A stretch of DNA of 24,000 nt, taken from an uncultured Methanomassiliicoccales archaeon. Lineage in GTDB: Archaea > Thermoplasmatota > Thermoplasmata > RBG-16-68-12 > JAJISG01. Both the position numbers and the translations under genes were made by a program. Shown here piece by piece: positions 1 through 8,126 of this stretch (its first letter is position 1; each line of letters begins with the position of its first letter). The stretch covers positions 52,984 through 76,983 of the forward strand of contig CAYFYA010000005.1 in NCBI GenBank assembly GCA_964347325.1, given 5' to 3'. The notes beneath the pieces are model-generated. The model saw only the letters and a list, made by a program, of their open reading frames with translations, did not search any database and had not been told where the DNA came from.

Positions 1-267
1 GGCGAGCTGGTTGCACTCGCCATCGGCACCGCAGACCATGGGTGCTGCGTGGATCCTGACGGGGCTGGAAACCCGTCCACCCTTCAGTACGGCCATGGGC
101 GGGAAGTCGCGCGAGAGAATCGAGGCGATTCGCTCCAGGTTGAGGGCCGTAACCATGTAGTTGGTAGCGATGCTACCCACAAGGCCGACGCCGGGAAATC
201 CCACAACGAAAAGCGCGGCCGAGAGGTCCATCTCCTTGTGGTCCACAATCCTGATGGAACTCGTCAA
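1..267 (-). CDS. PAC2-family (proteasome assembly chaperone-like, COG1938-type) protein; N-terminal ~89 aa only, gene runs off the left window edge
   Basis: Own translation of the minus frame ending at nt 1: (TTG)TSSIRIVDHKEMDLSAALFVVGFPGVGLVGSIATNYMVTALNLERIASILSRDFPPMAVLKGGRVSSPVRIHAAPMVCGADGECNQLA. The GFPGxGLVG motif about 20 aa from the N-terminus is typical of archaeal PAC2/PbaB-like proteins. It is absent from the ORF track because it is open at the edge. Start is TTG at 267 or ATG at 231. A TTTATTAA box (295-302, minus sense) lies 28 nt upstream of the TTG. Confidence 0.55.
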   Translation of the reverse strand, partial: MTSSIRIVDHKEMDLSAALFVVGFPGVGLVGSIATNYMVTALNLERIASILSRDFPPMAVLKGGRVSSPVRIHAAPMVCGADGECNQLA

Positions 268-430
268 CGTATCGCTGTTGGATTGGGCCTGAGATTAATA
301 AACGTTAGTAGCCACCGCCCTCTACGGTTGTGCAGGGTTATGACGGAAGAGAACGTCAGGAGGCAGACCGAATGAGGGTAGGGACCCCCGGAGTGATTGA
401 CGCAGTCTGGAACACGGATAGGGAGAAGCC

Positions 431-778
431 ATGACGGACAAGGGTAGCAGGAGCCAAAGCGAGCTTGTGGGACGGGTTCACAGTCTGGCGAGCCTCGTCG
501 AGTACAGCCCAGGTTCAATAGTCAGCCGAGCAATCATCGACAAGGATGTGGGGACTGTAACCATGTTCGCCTTTGACAAAGGCGAGGGATTGAGCGAGCA
601 CACTACACCGTTCGACGCCATGGTGCAAGTCGTCGAGGGATCCATGGAGATTGAGATCGCAGGAGAGACCCAACGAGTGAGTGGGGGTGACTTGCTCATA
701 ATGCCCGCCAACCGACCTCACGCGCTGAGGGCTGTCGTGAGGTCCAAGATGCTTCTCACGATGATACGCTCGAGGTAG
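431..778 (+). CDS. Cupin-domain protein (cupin_2 type, 115 aa)
   Basis: ORF track protein. It has the cupin pattern G.GLSEHTTPFDAMVQVVEGSMEIEIAGE...GDLLIMPANRPHAL (G-x5-H..H..E / G..P...H). GGGAG lies just upstream of the ATG. Confidence 0.75.
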   Translation: MTDKGSRSQSELVGRVHSLASLVEYSPGSIVSRAIIDKDVGTVTMFAFDKGEGLSEHTTPFDAMVQVVEGSMEIEIAGETQRVSGGDLLIMPANRPHALRAVVRSKMLLTMIRSR

Positions 779-788
779 CTCAGGACGA

Positions 789-1049
789 CTAGTCCTTGCC
801 CGCCGCCTGTAGCTGCCTTATCCTCTCCAGGAGCATGCGTGCCCTGGGGATCCCAACGTACTCGATCCGTCCGTCGATGATGATCCCCGGAGCGTACTTG
901 ATGTTGAAGTTCGCAGCGTACTCTGGCTCCTCCCGAGGGTCCACCTCGCGGTACTTGAGTTCCGGGACAAGCTCCCGAATCTGATCCAGGACCTCCTCTG
1001 CCCGCTCCTGGTGGAGGCCCGTCGGGGACTTCAAGTACACGAGCTCCAT
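789..1049 (-). CDS. Small thioredoxin-fold protein (MTH895/Thioredoxin_3-like) lacking the CxxC redox motif
   Basis: MELVYLKSPTGLHQERAEEVL...KYAPGIIIDGRIEYVGIPRARMLLERI matches, from memory, the small archaeal glutaredoxin-like layout (beta1-SPTCPYC-helix ... cis-Pro ... G.P). The CPYC position reads GLHQ and the protein has no Cys. The track start at 1055 is GTG; the ATG at 1049 is more likely. Confidence 0.5.
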   Translation of the reverse strand: MELVYLKSPTGLHQERAEEVLDQIRELVPELKYREVDPREEPEYAANFNIKYAPGIIIDGRIEYVGIPRARMLLERIRQLQAAGKD

Positions 1050-1138
1050 CTTCACGGTGTTAGCGGTACCGGGTATTGAAGCTTTCCCGGTGGGTGGTGC
1101 GCCAAAAGGCTCATCTTAACCCCACCGCTCTCCCCACG

Positions 1139-1966
1139 ATGATACTCGTAGCCACCTCTGTGGAGGATGCCGCCAGCCGAACAATTCTCGAGCGGCTTCT
1201 GCGGAGGGGCGACTGGGAGGAGGTGGGTACCTTTGACGGGAACCCCGCATACCAACGAGGGGAGAGAACCTTGGTCACCCTCAAGGACTCCCACCTATAC
1301 AGAGACCACCTGGACACGGAAGTTCGTGGAGCCCTGGGGGTCACAGCGGACCTTGCGATATACGCATCGAGGCATCGAAGTGAAAGCGGGACGAGGAGCC
1401 TCACCGTCCACCCAATAGGTAACTACGGTGAGGCGGAGCTCGGGGGAAAGACGGGCAAGTTGGTTCCCGCAGCATCCCATTGGATGACCCAGGCCTTAAG
1501 ACTCCTGAGGGAGAGGGCTACAAGCCTGGAGTACTCCGTCTCCTTCGAGACCACCCACCACGGACCATATCTTGAGACGCCCGCCTTCTACATCGAGGTG
1601 GGGAGCGACGAGGCCGCTTGGGCCGATGGGGAAGCGGCCTCGGCCATAGCGGGGGTGATCCTTGAGGTGGAATCCGTGGAGTATCCCGTCGCCATCGGCC
1701 TCGGTGGCGGCCACTACGCTCCCCGGATGACCGACGTCGCCTTGGATCGGCGACTGTCCTTCGGCCACCTTGTGCCGTCTCACACCCTCGAGAGGCTTGG
1801 TGAGTCGATGCTTCGACAGGTCGTGGAGAAGTCCCCGGGAGCCTCGTTGGCGTACATCCATCGCAAGGCCGTAAAGGCAGCCCTGAGGAAACGGGTCGTC
1901 GAGATGGTCGAGTCTGAAGGGCTCAAGATCGTTAGGCAGAGCGACCTAGACCCAGTGGACCGCTAG
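1139..1966 (+). CDS. dtdA: D-aminoacyl-tRNA deacylase, archaeal type (DTD2/DtdA)
   Basis: From the internal ATG: MILVATSVEDAASRTILERLL...LTVHPIGNYGEAELGG...SFETTHHGPYLETPAFYIEVGSDE...GLGGGHYAPR, the characteristic DtdA/tRNA_deacylase layout. At 275 aa it is the typical length. The 21 codons upstream of 1139 in the track begin at a TTG and look like an artefact. Confidence 0.85.
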   Translation: MILVATSVEDAASRTILERLLRRGDWEEVGTFDGNPAYQRGERTLVTLKDSHLYRDHLDTEVRGALGVTADLAIYASRHRSESGTRSLTVHPIGNYGEAELGGKTGKLVPAASHWMTQALRLLRERATSLEYSVSFETTHHGPYLETPAFYIEVGSDEAAWADGEAASAIAGVILEVESVEYPVAIGLGGGHYAPRMTDVALDRRLSFGHLVPSHTLERLGESMLRQVVEKSPGASLAYIHRKAVKAALRKRVVEMVESEGLKIVRQSDLDPVDR

Positions 1967-2017
1967 ACTTTGCCGCGTCAATCATATTAAGGGACGCTGT
2001 CACACCAATCTCAGAAG

Positions 2018-2024
2018 TTATATA
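2018..2024 (+). promoter_or_regulatory. TATA-like box (TTATATA) upstream of kptA
   Basis: AT-rich heptamer in a GC-rich intergenic region, 35 nt upstream of the ATG at 2059. GGAGG lies at 2049-2053. Confidence 0.45.
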
Positions 2025-2058
2025 GCAGGGGTCTAGGTTTACATCCTGGGAGGGGTAG

Positions 2059-2706
2059 ATGCTACGGGAGTGCAGTTCCCATGGATTCTTCCGGGGCGAG
2101 ATCTGCCCCAATTGCGGCAGCAAGGGCAAGTTCCTGCTCAATGAGAGGGAGCTAAACACCCTTGGCCGCACGATGGCGGGAGTCCTGCGCCATTTCCCCC
2201 AGAGGTACGGCCTCGAGATGGACGATCACGGTTGGGTCGACCTCCGGGACCTCGTGACCGCCATCCAGATCAGGCACAGGAAGTTCAAGTTCCTCAAGCC
2301 GCACCACATTATCGCCCTCGTCCAGACCGATCCCAAGGGTCGATACCAGTTCGAAGAGGGACGGGTCAGAGCCACCTACGCTCACTCCATCGACCTCGAC
2401 CTGGACTTGCCCACGGAGGACATCCCCCCGGTCCTGTACTACCCGACCACGGAGGAGGAGTGCAGCATCCTCTTGGAGATCGGGCTAAGGCCCGCGGACC
2501 GGCAGTGGGTCCACATCAGCGACACCTTGGAGAGCGCGACGGAGGCGGGACAGGTGAGGACGGCGGACCCTGTCATTCTCAAGGTCGACGCGGAGAAGGC
2601 GAGGGAGGAGGGAGTTGTGATAAAGAAGGCTGGGAAGTACGTCTACATCACCAAGGAGGTACCGCCAGAGTTCCTCAGCCGCGTCGAGGGACCCGAGGCT
2701 ACGTAA
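2059..2706 (+). CDS. kptA: RNA 2'-phosphotransferase (Tpt1/KptA family) with an N-terminal Cys/His zinc-ribbon-like extension
   Basis: The LRH, VRAxxAHS and RQWVHIS elements correspond to the R-H-R-R catalytic tetrad regions of Tpt1/KptA. The N-terminus has CSSHGFFRGEICPNCG. The C-terminal 8 nt overlap convergent purP. Confidence 0.85.
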   Translation: MLRECSSHGFFRGEICPNCGSKGKFLLNERELNTLGRTMAGVLRHFPQRYGLEMDDHGWVDLRDLVTAIQIRHRKFKFLKPHHIIALVQTDPKGRYQFEEGRVRATYAHSIDLDLDLPTEDIPPVLYYPTTEEECSILLEIGLRPADRQWVHISDTLESATEAGQVRTADPVILKVDAEKAREEGVVIKKAGKYVYITKEVPPEFLSRVEGPEAT

Positions 2707-3856
2707 CTATCTTCCCCACTTCGCCCCTATCTATAGCCATCCGGACCTCTAGGGCGACCCTCCTCCCGGTGCTCATCCGGGAGCGCCATAGGGTGTTCCC
2801 GTAGGGGTGGCCTACAGACATGTGGACATTTGTGCCGCCGCCGATTCGTGGCGAGACGTCGTAGATGAAGAAGTTCATATCCTTGTCCACGCACGTCTGG
2901 AGCGTGAAGGGTCCGATCACGCCCGGGGGGAAGTACCTCTGAGTAGCCTCGACATAAGCCTCCGCCAATGGGAAGACCTTGCTCAGCAGGGACTCCCTGA
3001 GGGTAGCCGAGTTATGACCGCATACGACGTACTCCGGGAGTTTCTCTTCGCCAACCAGCGTGAGTTGCTGCTCCGCAGGCAGCCTCACGTGTCCATCCAG
3101 AGATGTCTCGAAGCGCCAGTCGATGCCCAGGAGCTCCAGCCTCTCGCCCGAATCTTCGAGCGGTGAGTAGAAGAAGTCGAAGTTGAAGACGGGACCGAGG
3201 ATGTACTTCTCCACCCTGGCGACCTCCAGATCCTCCTCGGTTATGACGCCCTGCTCGAGGAGGCTGCCGGCCTTCTCCTCAAATTCCTCAGGGCTTGCGG
3301 CGGTGAAGAAGCCCCGCTCCAGCCGTTTGACCTTGTGAGGAAGCTTAATGATGGCCAAGGAGTCGATCTCATCCGGCGAGGTGTACAGGCGAGGAAAGGG
3401 CAGGCCCGCCTTCTCGAGAATCCAGTAGTAGCCCTTCTCCTCTGTCCTCTCCTCCGTCCGCAAGAGATTCCTGCCGCCTATCATCGGTACCCTGAAGTCA
3501 TCCTCCACCTCCCGCATGCCGCAGTAGGAGAAGAAGGACCTGTTGGGGACGAAGAGGACGTTGCCCTTGCGCAGACGGTCCTGGACCCTCTCCGAGGTCG
3601 CCTCCTTGAAGGACTTGAGGACCACAGCCTCGTCAACAACACCCCGGACGATTCTGCCTTCGGCGTCTCGCACCGCCTTGAAGTACCTCGCGTAGGGCTC
3701 ATGCCTCCCCTCCTGGCATAGCGCAATGGTCTGGAATCCTTCCTCCACGGCCCCGTCACACACGTCGAGAGCCGAGTGGGAGGCAAGGACCCCGATCTTG
3801 GCCCGGTCGAGATCGTACTTATCCAACACACCGAGGATGTCATCTCGTGCCATCAT
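2699..3856 (-). CDS. purP: 5-formaminoimidazole-4-carboxamide ribonucleotide (FAICAR) synthetase, archaeal ATP-grasp PurP
   Basis: ILGVLDKYDLDRAKIGVLASHSALDVCDGAVEEGFQT...GNVLFVPNRSF...GGRNLLRTEER...SPRIGGGTN is the PurP signature layout. The start is placed at the ATGATG at 3856/3853, because a TTTTATTA box (3886-3893) sits 30 nt upstream. The track start at 3901 would lie upstream of that box. Confidence 0.85.
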   Translation of the reverse strand: MMARDDILGVLDKYDLDRAKIGVLASHSALDVCDGAVEEGFQTIALCQEGRHEPYARYFKAVRDAEGRIVRGVVDEAVVLKSFKEATSERVQDRLRKGNVLFVPNRSFFSYCGMREVEDDFRVPMIGGRNLLRTEERTEEKGYYWILEKAGLPFPRLYTSPDEIDSLAIIKLPHKVKRLERGFFTAASPEEFEEKAGSLLEQGVITEEDLEVARVEKYILGPVFNFDFFYSPLEDSGERLELLGIDWRFETSLDGHVRLPAEQQLTLVGEEKLPEYVVCGHNSATLRESLLSKVFPLAEAYVEATQRYFPPGVIGPFTLQTCVDKDMNFFIYDVSPRIGGGTNVHMSVGHPYGNTLWRSRMSTGRRVALEVRMAIDRGEVGKIVT

Positions 3857-3885
3857 AGGCCATCCCGGCTTCATCTCGCCTCGGG

Positions 3886-3893
3886 TAATAAAA
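3886..3893 (-). promoter_or_regulatory. TATA box (TTTTATTA on minus strand) for purP, in the divergent purP / AGPS-like intergenic region
   Basis: This is the only AT-rich octamer between the divergent genes. The 30-nt spacing to the purP ATGATG is consistent with a leaderless or near-leaderless archaeal transcript. Confidence 0.5.
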
Positions 3894-3948
3894 CTCCCCA
3901 AGACACGGTGGAAACCTATTCAAGCTGAGGGACGATGCCACCGCGAGC

Positions 3949-5532
3949 ATGAGGAAGGATATGAGGTGGTGGGGGTGGGGTTCCCCCGATGTACGATATC
4001 CTTCAGAACGGCTGGAGCTTGCCCTTCGCTTCCTTGAGACTCGAGGAATCAAGCTCAGGGAGGCCCAAGAAATCCCGAGTGTGCCATCCCTTCCGCCGAG
4101 TCGGCTCAGGGCGGAAGACCTGGAGGCCCTCGAGGGTGCCTTGGAGGTATCCACAGACGACGAAGTCCGCATCAGTCGCTCCCTAGGGAAGGGCTACCTC
4201 GACCTCCTCAAGGTGAGGCTGGGGCGGGTAGAAGAGTTTACCGATGCCGTGGCCTTTCCAAGGGATTCTGAACACGTGCGCCTCCTATTGGAAACGGCTG
4301 CATCGCGCGGAATAGCCGTTGTCCCTTATGGCGGTGGGACCTCCGTCCTCGGGGGACTCAGACCGTTGAGGGGGCGAAACAGAGCTGTAGTCACCGTCGA
4401 CCTTCGTCATCTGAACAAGGTCCTCGAGGTCGACGAGGTCTCCCTTCTGGCCAGGGTGGAGGCGGGTGTCAGTGGGCCAGAACTGGAGGAGGTCCTCGGT
4501 CGGCACAATATGACTCTTGGCCACTTCCCCCAGTCCTTCCACTTCTCCACTCTCGGTGGTTGGATCGCCACCCGAGCCTCTGGTCATCTCTCGGGAGCGT
4601 ACGGTCGCATCGAGAACATGGTCCAGTCGGTAAGTCTTGTGACACCTCAGGGGACCCTCGTCACAAAGGATGTCCCTGCAAGATCCGCAGGCCCCGAGCT
4701 GCGGGAGCTGGTCCTGGGGTCAGAGGGTGCCTTCGGCATCATCACGGAAGCGGTGGTAAGGGTGCGGAGGAGTCCTGAGGCCAGAGCCAGAAGGGTTCTC
4801 CTCATCCCAGGCTTCACCACGGCCTTGGATGCGGCTCGGGGAATGATTCAGTCGGGAATCGTGCCTTCTCTCTTGCGCATCTCAAACGAGGATGAGAGCT
4901 CGATGATCGCTCACATGGCTGGGCTAGAGGCGGAGGAAGTCCCCTCCATAGTCCTCTTGGGCTTCGACGGCACCAAGGATGACACGGTGGCCTCAATGGA
5001 GACCGCAGTTGAATCCCTTGTAGACGCAGGAGCCCTGGACCTGGGAGAGGAGCCCGCCCTCGTCTGGGAGGAGGAGTACTACACGACGCCATACCTTCGC
5101 GATGACTTCCTTGCCCGTGGCCTCCTGGTTGACACGCTTGAGACGGCCGCATCATGGAGAGGACTGCAAAAGCTTTACGTCGCAGTTCGCCACGCATTGC
5201 TGGACGCGTACTCTCAAGGGGGTGTCCAGGGGTTGGTCCTCTGTCATCTCTCTCACACCTATCGAGATGGCGGCTCACTCTACTACACCCTCATCGCGCC
5301 CCGGGAGCAGGGGAAGGAGGTTGAGCAGTGGTGGGAGATCAAGCGGGCCGCCACAGAGGCGATAATGAGAGCGGGCGGGACCATCAGCCACCATCATGGC
5401 GTAGGTACCGATCACCTCTCCTGGATCTTGGAGGAGCACGGAGAGACTGCCCTCATGGCGCTCAAATCGCTCAAGATAGCCGTAGACCCAAAGGGTATCA
5501 TGAATCCGGGGAAGGTGGTGCGGGAGGAGTGA
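3949..5532 (+). CDS. FAD-linked oxidase of the alkylglycerone-phosphate (alkyl-DHAP) synthase-like family
   Basis: N-terminal MRWWGWG (AGPS RWNGWG-like). FAD_binding_4 region VVPYGGGTSVLGG...VDL..LNKVLEVD. C-terminal SHHHGVGTDH...DPKGIMNPGK, typical of AGPS/GlcD-type vanillyl-alcohol-oxidase-fold enzymes. The stop overlaps the next ATG (TGATG). Confidence 0.8.
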   Translation: MRKDMRWWGWGSPDVRYPSERLELALRFLETRGIKLREAQEIPSVPSLPPSRLRAEDLEALEGALEVSTDDEVRISRSLGKGYLDLLKVRLGRVEEFTDAVAFPRDSEHVRLLLETAASRGIAVVPYGGGTSVLGGLRPLRGRNRAVVTVDLRHLNKVLEVDEVSLLARVEAGVSGPELEEVLGRHNMTLGHFPQSFHFSTLGGWIATRASGHLSGAYGRIENMVQSVSLVTPQGTLVTKDVPARSAGPELRELVLGSEGAFGIITEAVVRVRRSPEARARRVLLIPGFTTALDAARGMIQSGIVPSLLRISNEDESSMIAHMAGLEAEEVPSIVLLGFDGTKDDTVASMETAVESLVDAGALDLGEEPALVWEEEYYTTPYLRDDFLARGLLVDTLETAASWRGLQKLYVAVRHALLDAYSQGGVQGLVLCHLSHTYRDGGSLYYTLIAPREQGKEVEQWWEIKRAATEAIMRAGGTISHHHGVGTDHLSWILEEHGETALMALKSLKIAVDPKGIMNPGKVVREE

Positions 5533-7175
5533 TGGAATCCGGCTTCAACTGGAGACGACGAGAGGAGGGATTGGAGGCCCTTGATAAGGAGTTCGACGTC
5601 ATAGTCGTCGGCGGCGGAATCAACGGCTGCGCGGTGGCGAACGAGACAGCGAGGAGAGGTCAACGCGTTCTCCTCTTGGAGAAGGGGGACATCGGCAGCG
5701 GGACCAGCGGTAGGTCATCACGCCTGATCCACGGAGGGTTGAGGTATCTCAAACATGGACAGGTTAAGGTCGTTTGGGACGGGTGCAGAGAGCGCCACTG
5801 GTTGAGGACCCACTACCCCTACCTCGTTCGCCCGGTTCGGTTCATCATACCCTTCTACGAAGGCGAGGGAGAGGGGCCTGTCCTGACTTTTCTGGGACTC
5901 TGGATCTACGATCTCCTCTCGGCCTTCAGGAATGTCAGCAGGCACCGTCGTCTGAGGCGAGGGGAGGTCCTCGCCGAGGAACCAAGACTGCGATCAGGGG
6001 GGCTCCAGGGTGGTGCCGTCTACTACGACTGCATGACCGATGACTTCAGGCTCGTTCTCCTCAACGCCGCCATGGCGAACGCTGCGGGGGCGTACGTACT
6101 CTCGCACTGCCGCGTGGAAGCCCCCACACTCGAAAACGATCGCGTGGTTGGGGTACAGTTCACCGACCTGTTAAGCGGCGAACCCCATTCGGCCCGAGGT
6201 CGAATCGTGATCAACACCACGGGCCCATGGAGCGACCTGATTAGAGTCGGGATTGGGGCCGCAGAGCCGATGTTGAGGCCGACCAAGGGCGTTCACCTAA
6301 TCGTCCCACGGGAGAAGGTAGGTAACCGCAACGCCGTGGTCATCAGATCTCCGACGGATGGACGAGTCCTCTTCACCCTCCCATGGGGGAAGCACACCAT
6401 CATCGGGACCACCGACACCGACTTCCCAGGTGACCCGGACGAGGTTCAGGTTGAGGGGTGGGATGTGGACTACCTGCTCGAGGCAGTGAATGGCGCCTTT
6501 CCTCGGACCGAACTTCGGCGCAGTGACGTAGTGAGCACCTACGCAGCCCTCCGCCCTCTGGTCGGGCGACAAGGTGTGTCCGAAGGAGAGGTAAGCAGAG
6601 ACTTCAAGATCGTGGAAGATGCGCCGGGGCTTGTGTCCATTCTGGGCGGGAAGCTCACCACCTACAGGCCCTCAACGCTTAGGGTTGCAGACATCGTTTC
6701 GCGGATAGTATCCAGGCGTCCGGACAAGATGAGAAGAGGCACTGGCACCCGAAGGGGCATCCCGGAGGAAGACATTCTCGGCATCAAGAAAGAGGCCGCA
6801 CAGAGAGCCGCCCAACTCGGATTGGATCAAGAGGTCGCCGGCTCTCTGGTCGCTTCCTACGGCCCACACTCCGGGTCGATCCTGGAGCTCGCCTCTCAGG
6901 GGGACCTCCGCAGGAGGATTGTTCCGGACCTCCCTCGGATCATGGCTGAGATCGTCTATTCCGTCGAAAGTGAAATGGCTCTGAGATTGGAGGACGTTCT
7001 TGTCCGTCGAACCAGGTTGTTCTACGAAGATACAGGGCACGGGTTGGGGGTAGCCAAGGAGGTCGCGGAACTGATGGCAGCCAGGACGGGGTGGAGTGAC
7101 GAGCGAGTTCAACGAGAGGTGGACGATTACCGTGGCCTCGTGGAATCGATGAGGGCCTCTCTGGAGGGGGGCTAG
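5532..7175 (+). CDS. glpD: FAD-dependent glycerol-3-phosphate dehydrogenase/oxidase (GlpD/GlpO family)
   Basis: From the internal ATG: MESGFNW...FDVIVVGGGINGCAVANETARRGQRVLLLEKGDIGSGTSGRSSRLIHGGLRYL (dinucleotide fold plus the GlpD signature), followed by a long C-terminal GlpD-type helical domain. The 68 upstream codons in the track overlap the preceding gene and are not credible. Confidence 0.85.
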   Translation: MESGFNWRRREEGLEALDKEFDVIVVGGGINGCAVANETARRGQRVLLLEKGDIGSGTSGRSSRLIHGGLRYLKHGQVKVVWDGCRERHWLRTHYPYLVRPVRFIIPFYEGEGEGPVLTFLGLWIYDLLSAFRNVSRHRRLRRGEVLAEEPRLRSGGLQGGAVYYDCMTDDFRLVLLNAAMANAAGAYVLSHCRVEAPTLENDRVVGVQFTDLLSGEPHSARGRIVINTTGPWSDLIRVGIGAAEPMLRPTKGVHLIVPREKVGNRNAVVIRSPTDGRVLFTLPWGKHTIIGTTDTDFPGDPDEVQVEGWDVDYLLEAVNGAFPRTELRRSDVVSTYAALRPLVGRQGVSEGEVSRDFKIVEDAPGLVSILGGKLTTYRPSTLRVADIVSRIVSRRPDKMRRGTGTRRGIPEEDILGIKKEAAQRAAQLGLDQEVAGSLVASYGPHSGSILELASQGDLRRRIVPDLPRIMAEIVYSVESEMALRLEDVLVRRTRLFYEDTGHGLGVAKEVAELMAARTGWSDERVQREVDDYRGLVESMRASLEGG

Positions 7176-7176
7176 G

Positions 7177-8094
7177 ATGCTGATCGTCGTGAACCCCAAA
7201 GCTGCGGGGGGAGAAGTCGGTCGAAGTTGGCCGCAGCTTGAGCCTCGTCTCAGGTCACTGGTCGACATGCCGAGGGTAGCAACCACCACGGGGCCTCTCT
7301 CAGCCATCGGATTCATCGAGGATGCCCTCGCACAGGGTGAGACGGAAATCGCCATCGTCGGCGGCGACGGGACCGTCAACGAAGCCGTCAATGCCCTCAT
7401 CGAAGGCGATCGACCTGTCCTGAAGGAGGCACGTCTCACGATTATCCCCGTGGGTAGCGGCACGGATTACGCCAAGACGCTGGGACTGCCGAGAGGTCTC
7501 GAGCACGCCGAGGCGATTTTTCGGGCTACAGCCACTAGGCTTGTCGACGTGGGGAAGGCGACCTTTGTCAACTTTGAAGGAGAGACGGAGACCCGCTACT
7601 TTGCGAACATCTTGGAGGCTGGTGTGGGGGCAGAGGTGGTCGAGAAGGTCAATCGAAGCTCGAAGCTCCTCGGAGGTACGGCGGCATTCCTGTGGGCCAT
7701 CGTAACGACACTGCCTGGGTATGAGAACCGGGCGATGGAAGTCGAGGTGGATGGTGAGGTGATTGCCGTCGGCCTCATGAACAGTGTGATCATTGCGAAC
7801 GGCAGGTTCTACGGAAGTGGGCTCCAGCCAGCGCCCATGGCTGAGGTCGACGATGGCACTTTCGAAATAGTCCTCATCGGGGATTTCACGCTCGGGGAGG
7901 CGTTAAGCAATCTTGGCAAGCTTCGAACGGGAGACCACCTGGAGCATCCCAAGGTCAGCCATGCTAGGGGGAAGCGTGTCGTCGTTTCGGCCGAGCGTGA
8001 GGTCTTGGCGGAGATGGACGGAGAGGTCGTAGGCGGACTACCGATGGAGGTGGACCTGCTGCCTCGCCTCCTCCCCGTTCGCGTCCTCCGCTGA
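7177..8094 (+). CDS. Diacylglycerol-kinase-family lipid kinase (YegS/BmrU/LCB5-like)
   Basis: MLIVVNPKAAGG...IAIVGGDGTVNEAVNALI...PVGSGTDYAKTLG...EMDGE is the DAGK catalytic-domain layout. The ATG lies 1 nt after the glpD stop. Confidence 0.8.
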   Translation: MLIVVNPKAAGGEVGRSWPQLEPRLRSLVDMPRVATTTGPLSAIGFIEDALAQGETEIAIVGGDGTVNEAVNALIEGDRPVLKEARLTIIPVGSGTDYAKTLGLPRGLEHAEAIFRATATRLVDVGKATFVNFEGETETRYFANILEAGVGAEVVEKVNRSSKLLGGTAAFLWAIVTTLPGYENRAMEVEVDGEVIAVGLMNSVIIANGRFYGSGLQPAPMAEVDDGTFEIVLIGDFTLGEALSNLGKLRTGDHLEHPKVSHARGKRVVVSAEREVLAEMDGEVVGGLPMEVDLLPRLLPVRVLR

Positions 8095-8126
8095 AGGCCT
8101 TATTACTCATCCCCCTTTCTCATGCG

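Noticed and set aside
49-518. ORFs 49..375 (+) and 264..518 (-) near the left edge
   Set aside because: Their composition is Arg/Gly/Pro-rich and low-complexity, and they have no recognisable motifs. ORF 49..375 is antisense to a convincing PAC2-like reading frame. They are typical spurious ORFs of GC-rich DNA.
2232-2804. 190-aa alternative-frame ORF inside kptA, and similar internal or antisense ORFs across the window (e.g. 3481..3843, 4814..5278, 6672..7463, 12750..13316)
   Set aside because: They are Arg/Pro/Gly/Ser-rich translations overlapping genes with clear family signatures. This is expected background in high-GC sequence.
5328-5531. 68-codon N-terminal extension of the GlpD ORF
   Set aside because: It overlaps the conserved C-terminus of the AGPS-like gene in another frame. 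The GlpD dinucleotide-binding fold begins right after the ATG at 5532.
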